Shown: positions 25,223 through 36,800 of the stretch, piece by piece | Numbering within the stretch: the stretch's first letter is position 1 | How the letters are laid out: every line of letters starts with the position of its first letter | Origin: Eutreptiella sp. 'Long Island Sound 2002' | Taxonomy: Eukaryota > Protista > Euglenida | DNA length: 64,000 bases | Reading direction: 5' to 3' | Assembly: GCA_964036045.1 (NCBI GenBank) | Contig: OZ038378.1 | Coordinates: 80,290,001 to 80,354,000 of the forward strand | Notes under the pieces: generated by a model | Told to the model about the DNA's origin: nothing | Databases searched by the model: none | What the model saw: only the letters and a program-made list of their open reading frames with translations | Translations under genes and position numbers: made by a program

Positions 25223-26248
25223 TTGATGGACTCCCACATTTCACTGTTGCCCCTCAAGTTGGGGTGATGGACTCCCACACTTTTGTGTGGCCCCTTGAGT
25301 TGTGGTTAAGGACTCCCATGCTTTAGTGTGCCTCCTTGAGTTGGGTTGATGGAGTCCCACGCTTTGGTGTGCCCCTCCCACGCTTTGGCTTCGCTCGTTG
25401 ACTTGGCGTTAAGGACTCCCATGCTTAGGTATGGTCCGTTGGGTTGAGGTTAAGGGCTGCCACCTTTCAGCATGGACCGTTCATTTGGGGTGATGGACTC
25501 CCATGCTTGGGGGTGGCCCGTCTAGTTGGGGTTAAGGACTCTTACGCTTTGGTGTGGCCCCTTGAATGGCCCCTTGAGTTGGGGTTAAGGACTATCAAGC
25601 TTCGCCATGGCCCCTTGAGTTGCGGTTAAGCACTCCCATGCCTCGTCATGGCCTCTTGAGTTTGGGTCACGAACTCTTAGGCTTCAATGTGGCCTCTTGA
25701 ATTGGCTTGATGGACTCTTACACTTTGGTGTGGCCCCTCGATTTGGGATGAAGGACTCCCATGCTTCGGTTGCCTCTTGAGTTGCGGTCAAGGACTCCCA
25801 CGCTTCGGCATGGCTCCTCGAATCAGCGTCTTGGACACCTACGCTTTGGTGTGACATGTCTAGTTGTGCTTAAGGGCTCCCACCCTTTGGTGTGGCACAT
25901 GTGGTTGGGGTTAAGGATGCCCTTGCTTCAATGTGGCTGCTTGTCTTCGCGTTAAACACCCGTACGCTCTTTTGTGGCCTCTTGAGGTTATGGGCTCCCA
26001 CTCTTTGGCGTGGTCTCTTCAGTTGTGGTCAAGGACTTGCACCCTTCGGCGTGGCCTCTTGAGTTGGGGTTAAGGACTCCTACGCTTCGGTGTGGCCCTT
26101 TGAGTTGGTGTGATAGACTCCCATGCTACGGCACGCCCCCTTTAGTGGTGGTGATGGAATCCCACACTTTTCCGTGGCCCGTTGAGTTAGGGTCAAGGAC
26201 TCCCATGCCGCAATGACCCCTTGAGTTGTGTTGAAGGACCGCAAGGTT
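25223..26248. repeat. Satellite B (41-bp monomer) block; two further monomers at ~24390-24475
   Basis: Consensus GTTGGGGTTAAGGACTCCCACGCTTTGGTGTGGCCCCTTGA. Confidence 0.95.
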
Positions 26249-26555
26249 GGGTCCGTGGTAAAACTGAGTAAAAAAAATTTTTTTTTCAAAAAAAATTTTT
26301 TACTCAGTTTCAAACCGAGTAAAAAAAGTTTTTTTTTTACTCAGTAAGTGGGGTTTCTACTCAGTTGCGAAACTGAGTAGAAAAAAAAAATTTTTTTTTT
26401 ACTCAGTAAAAAACTGAGTAGAAAAAAATTTTTTTCTTTTACTCAGTAAAAAACTGAGTAGAAAAAAAAAATTTTTTTTACTCAGTGAAAAACTGAGTAG
26501 AAAAAAATTATTTTTTTTTTACTCAGTAAAAAAATTAGCAGAAAAAAGCCCTTTT

Positions 26556-26980
26556 TTCTGATTTTGCCCCCCGCTCTGAAGCGGTGGGGATCCCCGATAC
26601 GGCAGGGGTGAGGTAGCCATTTCGCCCACTTGTGGGCCACTTCTGATTCTGCCCCCCGCTCTGAAGCGGTGGGGATCCCCGATACGGCAGGGGTGAGGTA
26701 GCCACTTTGCCCACTTGTGGGCCACTTCTGATTCTGCCCCCCGCTCTGAAGCGGTGGGGATCCCCGATACGGCAGGGGTGAGGTAGCCACTTTGCCCACT
26801 TGTGGGCCACTTCTGATTCTGCCCCCCGCTCTGAAGCGGTGGGGATCCCCGATACGGCAGGGGTGAGGTAGCCACTTTGCCCACTTGTGGGCCACTTCTG
26901 ATTCTGCCCCCCGCTCTGAAGCGGTGGGGATCCCCGATACGGCAGGGGTGAGGTAGCCATTTCGCCCACTTGTGGGCCAC
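26556..26980. repeat. Five near-identical tandem copies of an 85-bp unit
   Basis: Units start at 26556, 26641, 26726, 26811 and 26896. Confidence 0.98.
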
Positions 26981-27566
26981 ACAGATGGCACAAGCTACTT
27001 TGTACTACAGTGGTTCCAAGTTGGCCCCCACACCCCGGACCCGGTCAATGCATTGGGAGGTGTCTCGGTTGTACCCCACGCCCAAATCTGCAGACCCCCC
27101 TGACACATGCTTTTTTTGCGATGGCACACCCGCCATAGCGTGTCAGGAATGTAAGGTTCTTCATTGTACCTTCCATACCACTGTCTTGTGTCAGTCCGAG
27201 ATTTGTGTAGGATTGCGCCAATTCCGGGCGGCCCCCGTTGCTGCTGCTGCCGCTGCTGCTGTTGCTTTTGCTGCAGTTACTGCTGCCAATGCCACACATG
27301 CCACTCCTGGCAATGCCAATGCCACTGATGACACCCGTCCCGGTGTGTGGATCTGTCGGAAGTGGTATGCGTTGCCTCCTCAATACCCCCAAAATGCTGA
27401 TGGTCAATTGGAAAATGACCAAGCATTTTGCAGACAGCTGCATCTGGAAAAGAAAGAAGATCTCTTTGAGAGATGCAAGCTGAATCCTACCCCGAGAGGC
27501 AAGCCTCACAAGAGAGATACTAAGGCCGACTTGATCTTCAAGCGTGTCTTTTGTAACTACTTGTAA
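26981..27566 (+). pseudogene. C-terminal gene fragment: B-box-like Cys/His cluster, Ala/Asn-Ala-Thr linker, SAP/LEM-like helix pair
   Basis: CFFCDGTPAIACQECKVLHCTFH and LHLEKKEDLFERCKL...KRDTKADLI. The 5' part is replaced by the 85-bp array. Confidence 0.5.
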
Positions 27567-27915
27567 GTAGTTGGCCCCACCCTCTCAGACGGTACTCAAC
27601 CCTCCTTGGTGAAGCGGTTGTGTGATATATATATATATATATATATATGATGGTTTGGCCCGGGTGGGGCGCCACTAACACAAGTGGCCGGGAATCGACT
27701 CGGGGGCCTTGTGCCCTTAAACAAAAGTACCACCTACCATCAAAGTGTGCAGTTTTTTGTGCATTTTTTTTCAAAAAAAAATTGTCTTTTTACTGAGTAA
27801 AAAAAAATATTTTTTTTAAAAAAAAATTTTTACTCAGTTTTACCTCAAATCTACTCAGTTTTACCACATTTTACTCAGTTTTACCTCGTCTGGTACTCAG
27901 TTTTACCAAATACCC

Positions 27916-30900
27916 CGCAAGGTTTGGCGTGGCTCGTTTAGTTGCTCTTAAGGATTCCCCCTTCCACATGTGCCCCCTTCAATTGATGAAGGACTCCCAC
28001 GCTTCAGTGTGTTGCCTTGAGTGGTGGCTAAGGACTCACAAGCTTTGGTGTGGCCCCTTGAGTTGGGCTTAAGCACCCTTATCTTTTAGTGTGGCCTCCT
28101 GGGATGATGGGCTCCCACCCTTTGGCGTGGCCTATTGAGTTGTGGTCATGAACTCCCATGGTTTTTTATGGCCTCTTTAGTCCGGTGGACCGACTCCCAG
28201 GCTTTGGTGTGGCACGTCTAGTTGGGGTTAAGGACTCCGACACGCTTTGGCTTGGCTGGTTGAGTAGGCGTTAAAAACTTCCATGCTTAGGTGTGGTCCC
28301 TTGAGTTCAAGTGAAGGGCTCCCACAATTCATCAAGGCCCCTTGAGTTGGGGTGATTGACTCCCACTCTTCGGCGTGGCCCGTCTAGTTGGGGTTAAGGA
28401 CTCCTACGCTTCGCTGTGGCCCCTTGATTGTGTGTTCAGGTTTCCGAAGCTTCAACATGGCCCATGGAGTTGGGGTTAAGGGCTATGACGCTTCACCGTG
28501 GCCCCTGGAATCGGGGTCAAGGACTCCCATGTTTGGGCATGGCCTCTTGACTTGGGGTCAAGAAGTCTTAGGCCTCATTGTGGCCTCTTGAGTTGTATTG
28601 ACTCCTATGCTTTGGTGTGGCCCATCAATTAGGGATGTAGGACTCGTGCGCTTCGATGTGGCCCATTGACTTGGGTGCAAGGTGTCCCGCGCTTCGGCAT
28701 GGCTCTTAGAAGCAGCGTAATCGACTCCCACGCTGTAGTGTGGCATGTCTTATTCAACTTATGGGCTCCCACGCTTTGGTGTGGCCCATGTGGTTGGGGT
28801 TAAGGACGCTCTTGCTTCAATGTGGCTCCTTGAGTTGGGGATAAGCACCCTTACACTTTAGTGTGGCCTTCTTGGATGATGGGCTCCCACCCTTTCGCAC
28901 GGCCTCTTGTGTTGTGGTCAAGGACTCATACACTTCCGCATGGCATCTTGAGTTTGAGTTAAGAGCTCTCACGCTTCAGTGTGGCCCTTTGAGTTGATGT
29001 GATTGACTCTCATGCTACCGCATGGCCACTCAAGGCGGGCTGATGGAATCCCATAGTTCTCCGTTGCCACTTGAATTGGGGTCAAAGACCCCTAAGCTTC
29101 GTTGTCGCCCCTTGAGTTGTAGTCAAGGACTCCCATGCTCCAATGTGGCCCCTTGAGTTGGGAGGCTCGACCCCCGTGGTTTGGTGTGGCACGTCTACTT
29201 GGGGTTAACGAATTGCACGCTTTGGTGTGGCCCATCTAGTTGGGGTTAAGGACTCCCTTGCTTTTGTGTGGCTCATCTACTTGGGGTCAACAATTTCCAT
29301 TTTTCCATGTGCCCCGTTGAATTCATGTTAAGGACTTACATGCTTTAGTGTGGCCTGTCTTCTTTGGGTTAAGGACTCCCAGGCTTCAGTGTTCCCCCAT
29401 GAGTTGTAGATCAGCACTCCCAGGGTTCGTTGTGACCCGTCTATCTTGAGATAAGGACTCTTGCGCTTTGGCGCGGCCCCTTGAGTTGGGGTCAGGAATC
29501 CCGTGCCTCGTTGTTGCTCCTTGACTTTGGGTTAAGGACTACCACGCTTCGGTGTGGCACCTTGAGTTGTGGTCAATGACTTCCATGCTTCGGCGCAATC
29601 CTTGAGTTGGGGATAAGGACTATCACGGCTTGTCATGGTCCCTTGGGTTAGGCTCAAGGACTCCGAGGCTTCGCTGTGGCTGTTGAGTTGCGATCAAGGA
29701 CTTTGACACCTAGTGTGGCTCCTTGAGATGTGGTCAAGGACTCCCGTGCCTTCGGTGGGTCCCTTTCCTTGGGGTGCTAGGCTCCCATGCTTTGGTTTGG
29801 CCCTTCTAGAGGGCCTCAAGGACTCCCACGTTGAGGTATGGTCTGCGGAGTTGCGGTTAAGGAGTGCCACAGTTTGTTAGGGCCTCTTTAGTTGGGGTCA
29901 AGAACTCTTGGGCTTCAATGTGGCCTCTTGAGATGGCTTGATGGACTCTTATAACTTGGTGTGGCTCCTGGATTCGCGACGAAGGAGTCCTACCCTTCGA
30001 TGTGGCCTCTTGAGTTGTGTTCAAGGACTCCCACACTTTGGCATGGCCCTAGAATCGGCATAACGGACTCCCATGATATGGTGACACCTATGTAGTTGTG
30101 CTTGAGGGCCCCACGCCGTGGTGTGGCCCATGTGATTGGGGTTCTGGGTTCTCTTGCTTCATTATGCCTTCTTGAGTCGGGATTAAGCACTCGTACGCTT
30201 TACTGTGGCCTCCTAAAGTGATGGGCCCCCACCCGTTGGCGTGGCCTCTTGAGTTGTGGTGAAGGACTCCCACCCTTCGGCATATCCTCTAGAGCGGGGG
30301 TTAAGGACTCTTACGCTTTGGTGTGGCTCCTTGAGTGGTGCTCAAGGGCTTCTGTGGATCAAAATAGCCCCTTGAGTTGGGTTGCCGGACCTTCATGGTT
30401 TGGTGTGGCATGTCGAGTTGAGTCTAAGGACTACCACGTGTTGGTGTGGCCTGTGTAGTTGGGGTTAACGACTTGCGCAATTCGGCGTGGCTCGTGGTGT
30501 TTGGGTTAAGGATGTCCTCTTTTCCATGTGCTCCCTTGAATTAGTGTTAAGGGCTCCCACGCTTCAGTGTGTCCCGTCTAGTTGGGGTTAAGGACTGCCG
30601 CGCTTCGGTGTGCCCTCTTGCGTTGTGGTTAAGGACTCTGAGGCTTCGTTGTGACCCCTGTAGTTAGGACTAAGGACTCCCACCCCTCGGTGAGGCCCGT
30701 GGAGCCGGGGTCAAGCATTCCCACGCTTTGGTGGGACTCGGCTAGTTGTGGCTAAGGACTCCCGCGCGTGGCTCGTCTAGTTGGGCTTAAGGATTTCCAC
30801 TTTTCCATGTGCCTCCTTGAATTGACCTTAAGGACTCCCGTGCTTAAGTGTGGCGCGGCTGGTTGGGGTTAAGAACTCCCACGCTTCGGTGTGCTCCCTT

Positions 30901-31805
30901 GATTTGTTGTTAAAGACTGCCCCGCTTCGGTTTGGCTCATCTAGTTGGGGTTGAGGTCTGCCATGCGTCAATGTCGCCCGTCTCGTTAGCGTTAAGGAGT
31001 CCTGAGTTGTAGTTTTGCAAACCTCACACTCCGTTGTGGTGCATCTACTTGGGGTTCAGGAGTCCTACTCTTCCGTGTCGCCCCTCGAGTTCGGGTTAAG
31101 GATTCCCTGGCTTCATTGTGGCTCCTTGAGATGGGGTTAAGGACGGCCATGCTTTGGTGTGGCGCCTTGAGTTGGGGTCAATGACTCCCATGATTCCGCA
31201 TGGCTCCAGTTTGCGCGAAGGATTTTCACGCCTCATCATGGCCGCTTGAGTTGGGGTCAAGATCCCTTAGGCTTCGCTGTGGCCTTTTGAGTTGGGGTTA
31301 ACTACTCTAACGCTTTGTTGTGGCCTTTGAGTTGGGATGAAGGAATGGGACACTTTGGTCTAGCCCCTCGATTAGTGGTCAAGGACTTCCGTGCTTTAGT
31401 GTGGCCACCTTAGTTGGGTTGATGGAGTCCCACGCTTTGGTATGGCCTGTCTAGTTGGGGTTAAGGTTTCCCACGCTTTGGCTTGGCTCGTTGTGTTCGC
31501 ATTGAGGAGTCCCACGCTTAGGTGTGGTCCCAGGAGTTTAGGTTAAGGACTACCACACCTCATCATGGCCGCTTGAGTTGAGGTCAGGAACTATTCGGCT
31601 TGATTGTGGCCTCTTGAGTTGGGTAGATGGATTGTTACACTTTACTGTGGCACGTTAATTTGGGATGAAGTATTGCTACGCTTCGGTGTGGCCCCTTGAC
31701 TTGGGTGCTAGGATTCCCTCACTTCGGTGTGGCCTCTTGAATTGTTGTCCCAGGCTTCAGCATGGCCCCCGGACCCGGCGTAATGGACCCTCAGGCTTTG
31801 GTGTG
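27916..31805. repeat. Satellite B block
   Basis: Continuous 41-bp monomers. Confidence 0.95.
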
Positions 31806-32311
31806 CCCTGTTCCATTCTATTCGTCGGCTAGAAGGTGCGTGGATCGATCCCAATGTCCCGCAGATATCTGCACACCCCCAAACCTTGCAGGACATGTCG
31901 TCCCACCTCCTTCAATGTCCCTTCCGGCACGATCTCCATGAAGATGTCCCTTTCCGACGGCGGGACATTGGCCCCATAACAACCATCCAAATCAGACCTC
32001 ATTGGTTGTGTCCTTGAGGATCATCGCTGCTAATTGCAGCCGCCTGCCACGCTGGGCGATGGGTTGTCTTCAGTCAGCAGAGTGCACAATTGCATCTTGG
32101 CCCTCCTCATCAGCACGCACGCTATGTGTCATTCGGACTATTGGCCACACTCCAAGATGTTGGCCACGCCAGCGCCCCGGAAAGCCTCGGATCCGGGAAG
32201 CATGGCGGATCGCCAAGCATATCCCCATCCCACTCCATCGCCCGGCTACTCACCGGTCGTGCAGGAGGACATTCGGAGACTTGGCACTCTGTCCAGCCAT
32301 AGGGTTCGGGT

Positions 32312-33848
32312 TAGGGTCACCGAGCTGGTGAAAACAATCTTTTTTTTATCGCCCTCTTTAGTGTCGAGGGCGGACCTATCAGTTTTAGCAAGCAAGTAGC
32401 AAGCAAGTAGCAAGCAAGCAACAAGCAAGCAAGCAAGAAACAAGCACACGCTAAAAGGGGGAAAAGTCACAGCTCCGTCAAGGTGCTTCCGATTCAGCCA
32501 AAATTTTGGTGGCTGCTACCTATGGCTCTGAGGGAAAACCACACAAAGTACGAGCGCGAAACTCAATGGTGGCGGCCGCGAACGGGCCGCACAAGTGCCA
32601 CACCTACTTTTCAAAATTTGCAATTTACGGCCAAAATCAGCCTTTTTTGACCAAAACCACCCTACAACCTGCTGAAAACAACCAGAAAAAGGGAAATAGT
32701 GGCTACTCTACACATGCAACTAGATTTCCCCGTGCCGAAGGACCCTCCAAGGCCCCCTAACTCCACAATATGTCCTTGACACCGCCCCCAAAAGGCCCCC
32801 AAATACCCCGGAATCTGTGCACATCGGCCTCCGACAGCCCAAACCAAAAAAAACCCATATCTTGGCTTCGCACCTACTCCACCCGCAACAACCCACTTTT
32901 GGTGGTTGCCAGCCCTCAATATTGCCCTAACGGACGCCTAGACCCCCGTACCTAGGCCCACTGGTCTGCGGCAAGCTGCAAGAGGTAGCCCAAAGATGTG
33001 GCTGCCACACTTGGTCAACAAGGCCCAACGGGTGCAAAAAAATGACTTTTTTAAAAATTGATCTTGGTCCACATGGGCTACCAAAACAAGTGTTTTCGGC
33101 GCGTTTTGGGCTCGTGGTGGCCCGTTTTGGCCCTCTCAAAAACCCAAAATGACTTCAAAATGGGCTGTTTTCGGACAAAAAGTGGACCGGATGGGTCAAA
33201 AATGGGTTTTCCAAAAACAATCCTAGACCATTTGGGGTGTCTAGACAATTGAAATGAGCCCAATTTGAGCCCATTGCAAACCATCTTGGCCCTTTCAAAA
33301 ACACTAACTGCCTTGAAAATGGGCTGCTTTGCGACCAAAAATGGGTCGAAAAAGGGTCAAGAATGCGTTTTTCCAAACAATGATCCTGAACCATTTGGGG
33401 TGCCTAAACAAGTGAAATGAGCCCTTTGTGAGCCCATTGCAAGCCATTTTGGCCACTCCAAAGTCACAAAATGCCTTGAAAAAGGTCTGTTTTCGGACCA
33501 AATCATTCAAAAATGGATCAAAAATGCGTTTTTCCAAAGATACCTTTGGGCTATTTGGGGTGGACGAACAAGTGGAATGATCCCATTTTGAGCCGATGTT
33601 GAGCCATTTTGGCCCCTCTCAAGGCCAAAAGGGCCTTAAAAATGGGCCAATTTGGAACCACAAATGGCCGAAAAACAGGTGAAAACCATGGTTTTCCTAA
33701 AATGATCCTAGTTCAGTTGTGATGCACAAACGGATGAATACCCCTTTTGAGCCGCTCTCGTCCACTTTCCAGTGTGTGCCTCATTTGTCACTAAGATCTC
33801 CTCGACAATGTTCCTTCCCCCACCAGCTCGGCCCAATATTCAATCCTA
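32312..33848. mobile_element. ~1.5-kb non-coding element with subterminal inverted repeat, (AGCA)n microsatellite and internal direct repeats
   Basis: CCGAGCTGGTG (32320-32330) is inverted as CACCAGCTCGG (33821-33831). TAGG...CCTA ends, flanked by GTTCGGGT and GTTAGGGT (7/8). Microsatellite at ~32387-32445. Confidence 0.6.
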
Positions 33849-33863
33849 GTTAGGGTCACCGAG

Positions 33864-36800
33864 TGCTTAAAGGCACCCACACTTTGGCATGCCCCATGTG
33901 GTTGGGGTTCAATGTCCTCTTGCTTCAGTGTGCCTCCTTGAGGTGGGGTTAAGCACTTGTGCGCTCTAGTGATGCCTCCCAGGTTGATGGGCCACCACCC
34001 TTTGGCATGGGCTCTTGAGTTTTGGTCAAGGACTTCCACCCTTTGGCATAGCCTCTGAAGCGGGGATTATGGACTCTTACGCTTCGGTGTGGCCCTTTGA
34101 GTTGGTGTCAATGAGTACCTTGCTACAGCATGGCCACTTGAGTGGTGGTGATGGAATCCCACACTCATCCTTGGACCCGTTCGTTAGGGTCAAGAACTCC
34201 TACGCTTTGGTTTGGCGTGTTCAGTTGTGGTCAGGGACTCCCATGCTTCAAATTAGCCACTTGAGTTGGGTTGCCGAACCTTCACAGTTTTTTGTGCCTT
34301 GTCCAGTCGGAGTTAAAGTTCTAGTTGGGGTTAAGGAATCGGGCACTTGGGTTGCTCGTCTAGTTTGGGTTAAGCACTCTGACTTTTCCATCTGCCCCTT
34401 GAATTGATGTTAAGGACTTGCGGGCTTAGTGCGGCCCATGTAGTTGGGATTACGGTGTCCCACGCTTCCCTGTGCCCTGTGGAGTTGTGGTTAAGGACTC
34501 TCAAAACTTGTTGTGACCTGTCCACTTGTGGGCGAGGACTTTCAGGCTTCGCCATGGCCCCTTGACTTGCAATTAAGAAGTCCGGAACTTTGGTGTGGTT
34601 TGCGTAGTAGGGGTTAAGGACCCCGAAGCTTGCCTTGTCTAGTTGGGCTTAAGGGCCTCCACCCTTCCATGTGCCTCCTTGACTTGATTTTAAGGACTCC
34701 CACGCTTGATTGTGGCCCGTGTAGTTGGGTTCAAGGACTCCAAGGCTTTGGTGTGACCCTTGACTTGTGGTGAAACACTTCCACGCTTCGGCGTGGCTCG
34801 TCTACTTGGTGTTAAGGACACACACCCTTCCGTGTGCTCTGTCTACCTGAGGTTCAGGACCCCCGCTCTTTGGTGTGCTCCCTTGAGTGGTGATTAAGCA
34901 GTCCTACGCACGTCTAGTTGGGGCTAAGGACTCCCACTCCTTCGCGTGGCCCATCCAAGTGGGCTTAAGGCCTCCCGCGCTTCATTGTGGCTGGTTGTGT
35001 TCGGGATAAGGATAGGGACGCTTTGGTGTGGGGCGTGGAGTTGTGGTTAGGGACTCCCATCCTTCGTCATTGCCCCTTGTCTTGGGCTTAAGGACTCGCA
35101 CACTTCATCATCTGCACTTCAGTTGGGGTTAAGAACTGTTTTGCTTCGATGTGCCCTCTTGAGTTGGGGTTAAGGACTTGTACAATTTGGTGTGCCCCCT
35201 CGAATCCCAATGAGGGACTCTCACACTTTGGTTTTGCCCCTTGAGTTGTGGCCAAGGACTCCCAAGCTTTTGTGCGGCCCCTTTAGTTCCGGTGATGGCC
35301 TCCGGTGCGTTGGTGTGGCTTGTCTATTTGGGGTTAAGGACACCCAGCTTTTCACTTGCTTCGTTGACTTGGCGTCAAGGAGTCCCACGCTTAGGTGTGG
35401 TCCCTTGAGTTGAGGTTAACGACTTCCACGGTGCAACATGGCCCGTTGAGTTGGGGTGATGGACTCCCTCTGCTTATCTTGGCCGGTCTAGTTAGGATTA
35501 AGGATTCTCACTCTTTAGTGTGCGCCCTTGAGTTGTGGTTAAGAACTCGCACGCTTCACCATGGCCTCTTGAGTTGGTGTTAAGGACTATAGCGCTTCGC
35601 CGTGGCCAGTTGAGTTGCGCTTTCGCATTCCCACACATGTTCATGGCCACTTGACTTTGGGTCAACAACTCTTAGGCCTCGATGTGGCCTCTTGAGTTGG
35701 TTTGATGGATTGTTACGCTTTGTTGTGGCCCCTGCTTTGGGATGAAGGAATCCTATGCTTCGGTGTGGCTCCGAAGCGTGGAAGGCCAAAAGCCCAAATC
35801 GACAGGTCACACCCAAGCGCGGGAGTCCACTACGCCAATTCCAGCGGCCATGCCGAAGCGTGGCAGTCTTTGACACCAAGTGTGGTCAAGGACTCCCAAC
35901 CTTCGGCATGGCCTTTTGAGGTGGCGCTAAGGATTCTTATCTTTCGGTGTTGCCCTTTGAATTGCTGAGATTGACTTTCATGCCACGGCATGGCGGCCCG
36001 ATTGGGGCTGATGGAACCCCACACTTTGCCGTGGCCCGTTGCGTTGGGGTCAACGAAGCCTATGCTTCGCTGTGGCCCTTTGAGTAGTGGTTAAGGTGTT
36101 CCAAGCTTCTTTGTGGCCCATCTAATCGGGGTTAAGGACTCTCACTCTTCATTGTGGTTCCTTCAAATGGGTTTCAGAACTTGCTCGCTTCGTTTTGGCT
36201 CCTAGATTTGGGATTAAGGGCCCCCACGCTTCAGTGTGGCCCTTTGAGTTGGCGTTAAGGACTCCCAAGCTTCGGCATGGCCCTTGAGTTCGGGTTAAGT
36301 ACCCTCGCACTTCTTCATGGTCGGTTCAATTGAGGTCAAGAGCTCTTAGGCTTCGGTGTGGCCTCTTGAGTTAGGGTGAAGTACTTTCACGCTTTGGTGT
36401 TCACCCTCGCATTGTGATGAAGGACTCCCATGCTTCGATGTGGCCCCTTGGCTTGGGTGCGGGTACCAGCACCTTTCGTTGTTGCCCTTGGAGTTGTGGC
36501 CAAGGACTCCCACGCTTCAGCACAACCTCTGTCTTCGGCGTAATGGACTCCCCCACTTTGGTGTGGCTCGTCTAGTTGTGATTAAGGGCTCTCGAGCTTT
36601 GGTGCGGCCCACGTGGTGTTGGGGTTAAGGACTCCCTTGCTTCATTGTAGCCCTTGGAGTTGGGGATACAAACGCTTATGCTTTCGTGTGGCCCCCTTGC
36701 ATGATGGGCGCTCACTATTTGGCGTGCCCTCTTGACTTGTTGTCAACGACTCACACCGTCCGGCTTTCAGTTAAGGATTCATACGCTTTGGTGTGCCCCT

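Larger units (their letters stand above)
26249..27915 (+). mobile_element. 1667-bp non-autonomous MULE-like element
   Basis: Perfect 9-bp TSD CGCAAGGTT (26240-26248, 27916-27924). 22-bp TIR GGGT(CCG/ATT)TGGTAAAACTGAGTA. Subterminal ACTGAGTA/TACTCAGT poly(A/T) repeats. Confidence 0.88.

Noticed and set aside
26482-26993. Three overlapping 150-170-aa minus-strand ORFs
   Set aside because: They arise from the stop-free 85-bp repeat; all three frames give the same permuted peptide.
31810-32300. Separate APE-endonuclease fragment on the minus strand (CYGANVPPSERDIF)
   Set aside because: The resemblance is weak and stop-ridden; not enough to annotate.
32300-32317. Telomeric repeat or telomere-addition site (TAGGGTTCGGGTTAGGG)
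   Set aside because: Only about three degenerate units, and they coincide with an element terminus.
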